From positions 1 to 55,411 of the forward strand of contig MNGO01000004.1 of NCBI GenBank assembly GCA_001918765.1: a stretch of DNA of 55,411 nt, in the 5' to 3' direction. This DNA comes from Crenarchaeota archaeon 13_1_40CM_3_52_10 (GTDB taxonomy: Archaea > Thermoproteota > Bathyarchaeia > 40CM-2-53-6). Positions within the stretch are counted from its first letter, which is position 1. Each line of letters starts with the position of its first letter. Positions 27,084-35,896 of this stretch are shown here, one piece after another. The notes under the pieces were generated by a model that was not told the origin of the DNA, ran no database searches, and saw only the letters and a list, made by a program, of their open reading frames with translations. Both the position numbers and the translations under genes were made by a program.

Positions 27084-28341
27084 GTGCCTAAGAAAATTAC
27101 AATCAATCTGGAGAATGCCAGACGTCTCGCTGTTACCAAACAGCATCTAGCGGACAAGAGACCCGGTAACCCGGGGGCCCGATGACATTCTCCAAGTAAC
27201 TCGAAGTTTAGGCTGCCTTCAGCTCGATCCGATCAGTGCTGTGGCGCCGAGTCACCTCATAGTTTTGTGGAACAGACTGGGAGACTTCAACACATCTGAT
27301 CTGGACCGGTTACTCTGGAGTGAGAAGAAGCTTTTCGAGTACTGGGCTCATCAAGCATCTATCGTTCTGATGGAAGACTATCCTCTCTACTATTACTTGA
27401 TGAGAGGATACCCTGATGTCTTCCTGAAATCGTTGGGGCCGGTCTGGCAATTGAGAGTCAAGAAATGGCTCAGCAAGAACTCGGACCTGAGAGATTACGT
27501 CCTGACCGAGCTCAAACGTCGAGGACCCCTCTTGTCACGCCAGTTTGAAGACAGGACCCGAACCAAGAATCGTGGGTTCGGTTGGTCATCTTGGAGCGAC
27601 GTCTCTCGAATGCTCTTCCATCTCTTCTTCAAGGGAGAAGTAATGGTTGCTGGCCGTCAAGGTAAGCAGAAGCTATGGGACCTGTCTGAACGGTTCCTTC
27701 CGAGCTGGGTCTCAAAAAAGGAACTCTCCGAGCAGGAGATCGAGTATGAAGCAGTTCAGCGATCTCTCAGAGCTCTCGGTATTGGAACTGAATCAGAATC
27801 AAGCTGGCACTTTCTACGCGGCAGGTATCGAAATTTGAAGGAGACGCTCAAGCAACTGGAAGCGGAATCGAAGATCCAAGCTGTCGATATCACAGACGGA
27901 CCCGTTGGAAAGGGCCAGCGTTACATTCACTCGCAAGACATCCCGTTACTCGGCGATTTAGATTCGGACACGTGGGAGCCAAGGGTATTATTGCTCTCAC
28001 CTTTCGACAACTTGTTTTGCGATAGGGCAAGAACCAAGCTTGTCTTCAATTTCGACTACACCATCGAAATTTACACGCCCCGAAGCAAACGCAAGTATGG
28101 GTACTATGTCCTTCCCATCTTGTATGGCGACGAATTCATCGGGCGTGTGGACCCGCTCATGGACAGGAAGAACGAAAAACTGCTCATCAAAGCAGTATAC
28201 GCTGAACCCCATGCGCCGAAGGGCAAGGATGTCTCGAGAGAAATACGGGACAGTGTGGAACAGCTTTCAGAGTTTCTTGGAGCGAAAGATGCAGTATATT
28301 CCCGCAAGGTTCCGAAGCTTTGGCAGAGCTATCTTCACTAG
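27084..28341 (+). pseudogene. YcaQ/AlkZ-like winged-helix DNA glycosylase family gene, frameshifted at a G5 run
   Basis: From GTG 27084: VPKKITINLENARRLAVTKQHLADKRPGNPGAR*. The frame containing 27181-28341 continues DDILQVTRSLGCLQLDPISAVAPSHLIVLWNR. C-terminal FDNLFCDRARTKLVFNFDYTIEIYTPRSKRKYGYYVLPILYGDEFIGRVD is family-typical. The shift is at ccgggggccc (27171-27180). Confidence 0.65.
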
Positions 28342-28520
28342 GACCAAGATATCAGCTCCGACGGGTCTTGGCCCACTAAACTATCGAATCTCGATATTCT
28401 CGGACTTTGTAATTACGCGGCCTTTTGTAACCTAGTGGTTGGTTTGGAGAAAACGAGCTGAATAAATCGGCGGAATCACGATTAGTTACTTCGAGGAATT
28501 GTCTCAAGAAGGCGAGCCTC

Positions 28521-28877
28521 GTGTCGAGAACATCCCCTTCACAACGCCCCCGAACCACGACACTCTCCGAGGCCACCGTCGAATCATCGAGCCCAAGAAC
28601 TCCACGTGAGAACTACGTGGAAGAGTTCCTCGCGAAATATCCCGACTACAGGAAGGCCTTGTGGTTGGCCGCGAGGAGCGAGGAAGAAGGCCTGGGCAAC
28701 CCGTCCTATCAAGGCTGGCAATGGAGCGATTTGGAAATGCATCCTACGAGGGTCCTGAAGCTGGTAATCGAGGGAGTCGCCAAGATCAGTTTGAGAACGA
28801 GACGGGCGACTTACTATCTTCTCAAGGAACCTGACTTGGTAAAATTCGTCCTCAAGAGTTCTATTCTCGCGAAATAG
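28521..28877 (+). CDS. Hypothetical protein
   Basis: 118 aa. Ser/Thr/Pro-rich N-terminus followed by a compact domain. GTG start. No family recognised. Confidence 0.35.
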   Translation: MSRTSPSQRPRTTTLSEATVESSSPRTPRENYVEEFLAKYPDYRKALWLAARSEEEGLGNPSYQGWQWSDLEMHPTRVLKLVIEGVAKISLRTRRATYYLLKEPDLVKFVLKSSILAK

Positions 28878-28920
28878 TCAGAATTGTACTCACGCAAGAC
28901 GCGATAGCTCGAGTCGAGGG

Positions 28921-29391
28921 CTATTCTGAGACTCTCGCAATCTCCAGAATCTTGGCGAAATCCTCTAGGCCGCTCGCATAGTTGGCGTCTTCGCCATTCC
29001 ATACAGAGCGTTTGCTCAGTATCAGCTCTTTTGCTTCTCGAAGAGGGATTCCGCAATGTACGAGGTAGGCCGCTGCGCAAGTTGGGCTCCTGCCGAGTCC
29101 CATCTTGCAATGCAAGTACACCTTCCGCCCTCCACGAACATGTTGCTCGATGAGTCGGGAGACGAGTCGGAGCTGGCTTACTGGAACCGCGGAAAAAGTC
29201 TCTTCGATCCTTGGGGTCCGATCCTCGTATTGCAAGCCGAGTTTTTTCGACCACTCCTCCTCCCGTGGGTTTCTCGTAAGATCGACAATCACGGCCTTAC
29301 TTCCGCTGAGTTTCTTGATCTCTTCGAGGTCCGCTAGCGTAGGTGCTGCTCCTACCCACAATTCGTTGGCCAGAATCTCGGTGAAGTCCAA
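28921..29391 (-). CDS. Dual-specificity / tyrosine protein phosphatase
   Basis: 156 aa. HCX5R(S/T) active site: HCKMGLGRSPT. Confidence 0.8.
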   Translation of the reverse strand: MDFTEILANELWVGAAPTLADLEEIKKLSGSKAVIVDLTRNPREEEWSKKLGLQYEDRTPRIEETFSAVPVSQLRLVSRLIEQHVRGGRKVYLHCKMGLGRSPTCAAAYLVHCGIPLREAKELILSKRSVWNGEDANYASGLEDFAKILEIARVSE

Positions 29392-29472
29392 CCAGTCTCT
29401 CGCTCTCTTATGATGAGCATTCGGTGAGGCGAGTAGTCATAGTCTCCTCGCAGAGGCTCGCCTGCAACCGTT

Positions 29473-29994
29473 CTAGCTGAGTTTCTTTGGATCGAACTTG
29501 TTGCCGAACTTGTCGATGAAAGCTAGTTCCGAAAGCGGCATACGATTCTTCTTCCCAACTATCTTTTTGACGGGATAGCCAAAACCCACAACCATGGTGG
29601 GCTTGATATCGGCCGGGAAACCGAAATCCTTCCGCATGGCCTCTTCCTTGATTCCCGTAAAGACTCCAGAGATTACTCCAGTGTTCCAAGCAGAAAGTTG
29701 CATTTGTTGTACTGCGCGTCCGGTGTCGATCAGGTGGAACCCTATTTTGGGGTCTGTCAGGACGATGACTGCAAAGTCTGCTCCCGCGACCCAAGGTCCA
29801 CTGGTACTGTCCTCTGCGAGCTTCTTGATCGATTCCTTGCTCTGGAGGAGTATGAATCTCAAGTGTTGCTTGTTATTTCCCGTTTGAGCGGCTCGGGCCG
29901 CTTCGAATACTTTCAGTTTCACGTCGGATGGGACCTTCTTCGGGCTGAACTGTCTAACGTCCAGCTTTGTCAGGATTGCTTGATGAGTATCCAT
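29473..29994 (-). CDS. Nitroreductase family protein
   Basis: 173 aa. N-terminal ILTKLDVRQFSPKKVP..AARAAQTGNNKQ is typical of FMN nitroreductases. Confidence 0.8.
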   Translation of the reverse strand: MDTHQAILTKLDVRQFSPKKVPSDVKLKVFEAARAAQTGNNKQHLRFILLQSKESIKKLAEDSTSGPWVAGADFAVIVLTDPKIGFHLIDTGRAVQQMQLSAWNTGVISGVFTGIKEEAMRKDFGFPADIKPTMVVGFGYPVKKIVGKKNRMPLSELAFIDKFGNKFDPKKLS

Positions 29995-30083
29995 TTCTCT
30001 CAGTGTGTATCCAGGAATAGGCCTAAGTTAAAAAATGTCTCCTTGAACGCTCAGATTGGATAGAGGTTTCCGAGGATACAGTC

Positions 30084-31184
30084 ATGGTTGACCAGGTCAC
30101 TGTTCAGAAACAGGTGGTTGTCCAAGAAGCGAAACTGAAGGACTTTTGTAACAAAGTGTGGATGAAGCTCGGCGTTCCGGCTCAAGACGCTAGAATAACC
30201 ACGGATGTACTGGTTCTAGCTGATCTTCGCGGGATCGAGTCCCATGGTGTCGCCCGTCTTCCTCGATACTATACTGACCTGAAGAATGGCTGGACCAAGC
30301 CTACCGACCAAAGCAAGATTGTGAAAGAGACCAAGGCGACAGCGATGATTGACGGGGCTCAGAGTCTGGGTCAGGTGGTTGGGCATAAGGCAATGGAATT
30401 GGCGATCAAGAAAGCCAAAGAGACCGCCGTCGGAATTGTTTCTGTCCAAAATTCTCACCACTACGGAATAGCGGGTTACTACAGTCTGATGACCTTGGAA
30501 CACGATTTGATCGGTATGAGCATGACCAATGCCGCTCCACTAGTGGTTCCTACTTTCGGTAGAAACGCAATTCTCGGTACAAACCCGATTAGCATGACTG
30601 CACCTGCTGGAAAGGAGAAGGCATTCGTGCTGGACATGGCAACCTCTGTGGTCCCGCGTGGGAAGCTTGAGGTCTACGACCGTCAAGGGAAGAAAGTGCC
30701 TCTGGGATGGGCGGTAGACAAAACGGGAAGAGGGACGGACGACGCGCATGCAGTTCTCGACGCTTTGTCCAAGAGATTGGGCGGCGGGATTCTACCCCTA
30801 GGCGGCGAAGGAGAAGAGCACTCTGGCCACAAAGGGTATGGTCTGGCCTTGATGGTGGACGTTCTGAGCGGGGTCTTGAGCGGTGCGGCAACGGGTCTCG
30901 GTGTCGATGTCAACAAGGAAAAACCGAACGTCGGCCACTTCTTCATGGCCTTGGATCCAGCGGCGTTTCGACCATTGGACGAGTTCAAGAAAGACATGGA
31001 CCGGCTGGCTCGAGAGTTGAAGGACTCGCCAAAAGCGGAGGGACAATCGCGAATCTACGTTCACGGAGAGAAGAGCTATGCAAGGATGGAAAAGTTCCGG
31101 AGAGAGGGTATCCCATTGGGTCCCAAGGTTGTAGAAGCCATGAAACAAGTGGGGACGGAGATAGGCGTTCCCTGGCTTGGCTAG
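30084..31184 (+). CDS. Ldh_2 family oxidoreductase (malate / L-sulfolactate dehydrogenase-like)
   Basis: 366 aa. GIESHGVARLPRYY, NSHHYG, GHKGYGLAL. Confidence 0.85.
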   Translation: MVDQVTVQKQVVVQEAKLKDFCNKVWMKLGVPAQDARITTDVLVLADLRGIESHGVARLPRYYTDLKNGWTKPTDQSKIVKETKATAMIDGAQSLGQVVGHKAMELAIKKAKETAVGIVSVQNSHHYGIAGYYSLMTLEHDLIGMSMTNAAPLVVPTFGRNAILGTNPISMTAPAGKEKAFVLDMATSVVPRGKLEVYDRQGKKVPLGWAVDKTGRGTDDAHAVLDALSKRLGGGILPLGGEGEEHSGHKGYGLALMVDVLSGVLSGAATGLGVDVNKEKPNVGHFFMALDPAAFRPLDEFKKDMDRLARELKDSPKAEGQSRIYVHGEKSYARMEKFRREGIPLGPKVVEAMKQVGTEIGVPWLG

Positions 31185-31201
31185 TTTCGGCCCTTCGGGA
31201 C

Positions 31202-31206
31202 TTTTT
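31202..31206 (+). terminator. Oligo-T stretch after the Ldh_2 gene
   Basis: T5 lies 18 nt after the stop codon and is preceded by a small ggccc-ttc-ggg hairpin. Confidence 0.35.
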
Positions 31207-31589
31207 CAGCGGAGAAGAGTAGTCACATTCCTCAATTACAGATGTGTGATGCTTTCTAGAAAGCCAGAAGTTTTGGATCAGAACTCACCATGACGATGAC
31301 CTGGGCAAGCAAGGGCCCAGGGAGAGCGAGAGGGCCAAATGCCTTGTCGGCTTTCAAAATGAATATCGACGATTCGATTAATAAGCGAATCGGGACCGTC
31401 GCCCAAAAGAGAACTAGGACTTCCATTCCTAACCAACTACTCCGGACGCTTTTCGACCTCATGCCGAGAACGAAGAACTCCTTGGTAGGAGGGTCGCAGG
31501 TGTTGGAAGGTATATCCTCGAAGGTCAATCTTCGGTTAAACAGGGCTTAAGAGGTATTTCCCCCAATTCTTAATTGTGGTCGTCGAAAA

Positions 31590-31802
31590 ATGAGGAAACT
31601 AATGGTCCTCTTTGGGACAGTATTCGTCCTGCTTGGAATTGTGGCTGAGAGCTTGTACATCTCTAGCGCGAAGATCGTCTATAGTGGAGCAACGATCTCC
31701 GCTAATGGGTTCATGATCTCGGGGCTTTTCCTTATCGTTTTGGGACTACTCCTGACTCTCTCTGGAGCGAGAATCTCCAAGATCCGAATTCCGCATGCCT
31801 AA
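31590..31802 (+). CDS. Small membrane protein (hypothetical)
   Basis: 70 aa, two clear hydrophobic helices. Confidence 0.35.
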   Translation: MRKLMVLFGTVFVLLGIVAESLYISSAKIVYSGATISANGFMISGLFLIVLGLLLTLSGARISKIRIPHA

Positions 31803-31869
31803 TTGCAGATCGCGGATTCGACTCCTGGATTGAGAGCCCACAGTAGTCTCTGCACTTTTCAGTACAGTT

Positions 31870-32457
31870 TCAGACTTTGGTTACGACGCCGGGGTCGATT
31901 TTGACTGGCCGATGTCCTGATACCCCGTGAGCAATGTCTCGAACTCCGACCGCTACCAACACAATCGCCATTATGATTGCAAGGCCGAATTGTCCCAAGG
32001 ACGAGTCCAAGACCAAGAACACCGAGAGGATCACCGTCAATACCCCCACTACGCCAATCAGACCTCGGACCCAAACGGGTGGGTGCTTTGCAAAGCCGGC
32101 TGCTACGATCTCCACAATCCCGACAACAAGTACGGCGAAAGCCACCAACAAAGTGAGGAACCCGATTGCAAGTTGTGGGTCTATTATCACAACAGAACCG
32201 AGTACCAGAGCGATTATTCCACCTCCTGCGTTGACTTCTCGGAACCAGGGGGCGAAATATCGTCCATATACGCTGGCAAAGATTCGTGATACACCAAGGA
32301 TGAAGAGCCCGATCCCAAGTGCATATGCGAGGATGTAGAGGGCAAATCCTGAGTCAGCCAATACGAAAAATGCGACAACAAGAACTAACACTCCCGCAAG
32401 AACCTCTAGGAGACGCAGCCAACTAGGGCTTCTTTTCTCTATCAACTTTAATCTCAA
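31870..32457 (-). CDS. HdeD/DUF308-like membrane protein
   Basis: 195 aa made of repeated short TM hairpins (LGIGLFILGVSRIF type). Confidence 0.5.
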   Translation of the reverse strand: MRLKLIEKRSPSWLRLLEVLAGVLVLVVAFFVLADSGFALYILAYALGIGLFILGVSRIFASVYGRYFAPWFREVNAGGGIIALVLGSVVIIDPQLAIGFLTLLVAFAVLVVGIVEIVAAGFAKHPPVWVRGLIGVVGVLTVILSVFLVLDSSLGQFGLAIIMAIVLVAVGVRDIAHGVSGHRPVKIDPGVVTKV

Positions 32458-32611
32458 GCGATGTCGTTGGCTCGGTATTTAGTAGCTTTCCTTTGAATTG
32501 TAACAACCTAGGAGGAATTAGACTCCGAAGAGACGTATGAGGTAGGCGGCCAAGACTGTGGCAACGAGCGGAGCGCCCAGGATCCCTGTCAGGCGAGCAA
32601 CCGTGCCAATG

Positions 32612-33517
32612 TCAAATGGGCCACTCGTGAATTTGGTGAATCTCCCGTTTGATGGCATCAATCGCCAATAGTTCATTCACAAGTCCTTCACTCAACGGCT
32701 GTTCACCTGCAACCTCGACCTCAGCCATCACACGACTGTGTCGAAGCCCGATCAAGGCAGACTTCTCGGACCTAACCTCGCTCATCTTCTTGTGAAGCCC
32801 GAAGAGTGGAACGAGGAAGAAGAATAGGCCCGGTACCAGGAATATCGTCAAACTTAGCTCTACGGCGAAGCTTGGGTAAAGAAAGATCGGGAATGTCAGC
32901 AGTATTGCTACCACATAGATCGTTGTCAGATGCAGAGATGTAGTAGCGAAGGGCTTGAGACCCAGTGTCCTATCATCGGTGAAGACCTTCAGCCGCAAGG
33001 GACGCCGTCCCATTCTGTAGATAGCCACCATTGATGAGAGGAAGACCCAGAGAAAGGTCGCCTGGAGCAGGCGCATGTAGCTGTAGAGTAACTCTCTCAA
33101 CAAGTCTTGAAACAAGGAATATCCTGGGTTGAAGACGGGTTCCAGCACCAACACCCCTGCTGCCAGGAGCACGACCCAGGTCACTACAACAGCGCGAAAG
33201 TCGTTGAGATAGCTTGTCTCAATTCGCGATTTGTCAGCTCCAATCGACACTGCGTATTGCTCAAGTTCCTCGATACGGCGCCGAATGTAGCGAGATGAGA
33301 ATAAGATGTAGATGGTGTTAGCTAGTAGCAGTGGGACACCGAGGGAAATACCGCCGGTGAAGTCTGTCTTTACACCATAACTGTAGTATCCCAACGATGT
33401 CAGGATTAGAGGCGGGAGAAAGCCTAGAACGAGCACTCCTGCCCAAAAGGGTAGACCAACGCGGGCGTAGAGACGTTCAAACCAGAGCTTGGATGAAGCA
33501 TCCAGCGTAGAAATCAA
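32612..33517 (-). CDS. Integral membrane protein (hypothetical)
   Basis: 301 aa, 6-7 hydrophobic segments plus a soluble C-terminal region. See the finding on a possible +1 C-terminal extension. Confidence 0.5.
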   Translation of the reverse strand: MISTLDASSKLWFERLYARVGLPFWAGVLVLGFLPPLILTSLGYYSYGVKTDFTGGISLGVPLLLANTIYILFSSRYIRRRIEELEQYAVSIGADKSRIETSYLNDFRAVVVTWVVLLAAGVLVLEPVFNPGYSLFQDLLRELLYSYMRLLQATFLWVFLSSMVAIYRMGRRPLRLKVFTDDRTLGLKPFATTSLHLTTIYVVAILLTFPIFLYPSFAVELSLTIFLVPGLFFFLVPLFGLHKKMSEVRSEKSALIGLRHSRVMAEVEVAGEQPLSEGLVNELLAIDAIKREIHQIHEWPI

Positions 33518-33533
33518 TCTGTGTTACTTCATC

Positions 33534-35120
33534 CTAGTTACTTTGAGAGCTGGACCAGTCGTCCAACGTGCGTTTGGTCCTCGACGGGGATTTCGCTCCT
33601 TTCTTCTTGACAATCTGTAGGAAACGGTGCATTTGTTGCTCTCTCTTCTGGCTCGTCCAATAGTAAGCCTCGTCGATCGTTCCTTCTGACATGAGGACTG
33701 TCATCTTTCCCTGCCGTGTCCTGCCTGTACGGCCTCTACGCTGTATCAGGCGGATCTCGGACGGCACGGCCTCGTAGAATATGACGTGATCCACGTCTGG
33801 GACGTGCAGTCCCTCTTCACCAATGCTAGTTGTAACGAGTAGATTGTGGCGTCCTTGGCGAAAGTCTTCTAGAATACTCATCTGCTCGCTCTGACTCAGA
33901 CCCACGTCGTCCGTGTCGCGAGTCGCCTGACCGACAAAGCGGACGGCAGAGACACCATCAAGCTTGTTCAATCTCTCGACAAGTGTCTCGACAGTATCTC
34001 TATACTGAGTGAAGACTATGATCTTCGAATCCTTGTTCGACCTAATCTCCCCCTCGACTAGCTCTCGAAGTTTCTTCTGCTTCGGATGTTCTCTCTCCTC
34101 CATCGAAAATGCGAGCTTTCTAGCCTCTAGAATTTTCGGGTCCCTCGAGAGGCTCTTGCCTGACTTGCTGCTCGCCGCTTCGAGCTTCGCAAGGTATCTA
34201 GTGAGATTGTGCAAACCCTGTGTTTCTAGAACATCGATTGCATGACTCAGCGACATCGCCTGGGCTTGCAAGACTACCGCTCCATACAAAGCTCCGGAGC
34301 CTCCTCTTCTCAGATTCTTTCGAAGCTTCTCCCCGAGTTCCAGTAGCATCCGTTTGTTCGCCCTGACACCAGTTGGCAGCTGGTGCATGGCCCTGAGCTT
34401 CTCCGTCCTCTCTTCCATCGCGGCTCGAAGAATCTTGCTGATGTCCTTGTAAGCTGGCGGAAGTGGGACGCGTTCCCAGTTTATCGTCACGTCGTTAACG
34501 TATTGAACAACATCCTCATCTTCCTCGGTTCTCATCTCAACGTTGGTGATGGCGAGCTTGTCGCAGATCTCTTGGACCCGCTCCTTTCGAGCGCTCGGTG
34601 AGGCGGTTAGCCCGAGTATCAACGGGTTCGATGCCTGGCGCTTGTAATTCTCAGCTACCTCGGAGTAGGCATAGTCTCGGACGCACCTGTGCGCTTCGTC
34701 AAAGACGATCAGACAGACCCTGTTCAGCGAATACCGTTCGCTCAGGACATCGTTCCTTATCACTTCAGGAGTCGCAAAGATAAGCTGGGATTCTTCGAAA
34801 TCCGCGACTCTCATAGAGGGCGGAGACTCCCCCGTCAACACTGAAGATCTGACGGTCTTGTCAGGATAGTGTTCTTTGAAGAACTCGGCGTGTTGGAGAA
34901 CCAACGGTTTTGTCGGGGCAAGGATAACGATTTTGCCGTTCTGTATTTCCGAAAAACGCTTTAGGGCCACTAGTAACGCGATTATGGTCTTGCCTAGACC
35001 AGTCGGCAGAACGACCAGCGTGTTGGCTTTGGCCGCGGACTCAGCAATCGTCCTTTGATACTCCCGTGCCTCTAGGCCTAATGGCTCAGTGACCTGCAGT
35101 TTGCCCTTGCGCCTTCTAAT
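33534..35120 (-). CDS. hef: Hef/FANCM-like DEAH-box helicase (COG1111 type; no nuclease domain seen)
   Basis: FDEAH box, TASP, QRRGRTGR. Walker A LPTGLGKT lies upstream of the track start (GTG 34970). The frame is open to 35120 with no ATG/GTG/TTG, so the 5' end is given as the ORF limit. Confidence 0.8.
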   Translation of the reverse strand: MRRRKGKLQVTEPLGLEAREYQRTIAESAAKANTLVVLPTGLGKTIIALLVALKRFSEIQNGKIVILAPTKPLVLQHAEFFKEHYPDKTVRSSVLTGESPPSMRVADFEESQLIFATPEVIRNDVLSERYSLNRVCLIVFDEAHRCVRDYAYSEVAENYKRQASNPLILGLTASPSARKERVQEICDKLAITNVEMRTEEDEDVVQYVNDVTINWERVPLPPAYKDISKILRAAMEERTEKLRAMHQLPTGVRANKRMLLELGEKLRKNLRRGGSGALYGAVVLQAQAMSLSHAIDVLETQGLHNLTRYLAKLEAASSKSGKSLSRDPKILEARKLAFSMEEREHPKQKKLRELVEGEIRSNKDSKIIVFTQYRDTVETLVERLNKLDGVSAVRFVGQATRDTDDVGLSQSEQMSILEDFRQGRHNLLVTTSIGEEGLHVPDVDHVIFYEAVPSEIRLIQRRGRTGRTRQGKMTVLMSEGTIDEAYYWTSQKREQQMHRFLQIVKKKGAKSPSRTKRTLDDWSSSQSN

Positions 35121-35747
35121 CTAAGGAGAAGGCGGGAGGGGGTTTAAGGGTGTGCGCCTGATTTCCTGGATGTGTTTCCTGCCAAACGTAAGCAGGAGAA
35201 GAGAGGCTGAAACCCATGCAACGAGGGCCGCGTTCACGAACATTGCTCGCAATGGTCTGCCGAAGTAGAGAAAACCCAGCATGGCTAGAACCACCGCAAA
35301 GATACTGAGAGTCTGATACCGATCCAAAAATTCAAAATCTCTTCGTCCAACGGTCCAGAGCTTGTAAATGGTCCCGAGATACAATGCAAGTCCGACGATA
35401 GCGAGCGTTGCTAGGGAAGCAATGGCCCAGTAAGGCACGCCGAGGATCAGGAGACCAACTTCATCAGCGATAAGACCAATCCCGGCCCCAAAAACTAGGG
35501 CGGTGTCCCATCTGGTCCGGATATCGGTCGCAAAAACCATGATGGTTGAAGACGCTAACAACAATAAGACTCCATAGTAGAGATGATGGATGTGAAATCC
35601 CTGAACCCTGATGACAGGACATGATTGAGTGCATCTTGCCTCGACCGCGACGAATAGTCTCGCCACCATAACGGCCATGGTGAACCCTACAGCAGCAAAT
35701 AGGAATCCTACTGGCCCTAGTAGTGGCGCGCCCTTTGGCCGGCTCAA
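35121..35747 (-). CDS. Integral membrane protein (hypothetical)
   Basis: 208 aa, 6 hydrophobic segments. Its TAG stop directly abuts the hef reading frame. Confidence 0.5.
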   Translation of the reverse strand: MSRPKGAPLLGPVGFLFAAVGFTMAVMVARLFVAVEARCTQSCPVIRVQGFHIHHLYYGVLLLLASSTIMVFATDIRTRWDTALVFGAGIGLIADEVGLLILGVPYWAIASLATLAIVGLALYLGTIYKLWTVGRRDFEFLDRYQTLSIFAVVLAMLGFLYFGRPLRAMFVNAALVAWVSASLLLLTFGRKHIQEIRRTPLNPLPPSP

Positions 35748-35896
35748 CCTGACCTAGTCCTCACTAGTCCGCCTTCTTTAGTCTATCCCGGTCTTTTGTG
35801 ATTTCGGACATGGCTTTTAAGAAAAATCCTCAATTACAACTTTGCACGGTTAGTGAGGATGGAAGACTGGCCCCGAGCTATTCATACTGGTAACGA

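Noticed and set aside
30589-31222. Cluster of 100-171 aa alternative-frame ORFs inside the Ldh_2 gene
   Set aside because: All overlap a well-supported CDS and are Arg/Pro/Ser-rich. They are frame artefacts of a GC-rich stretch.
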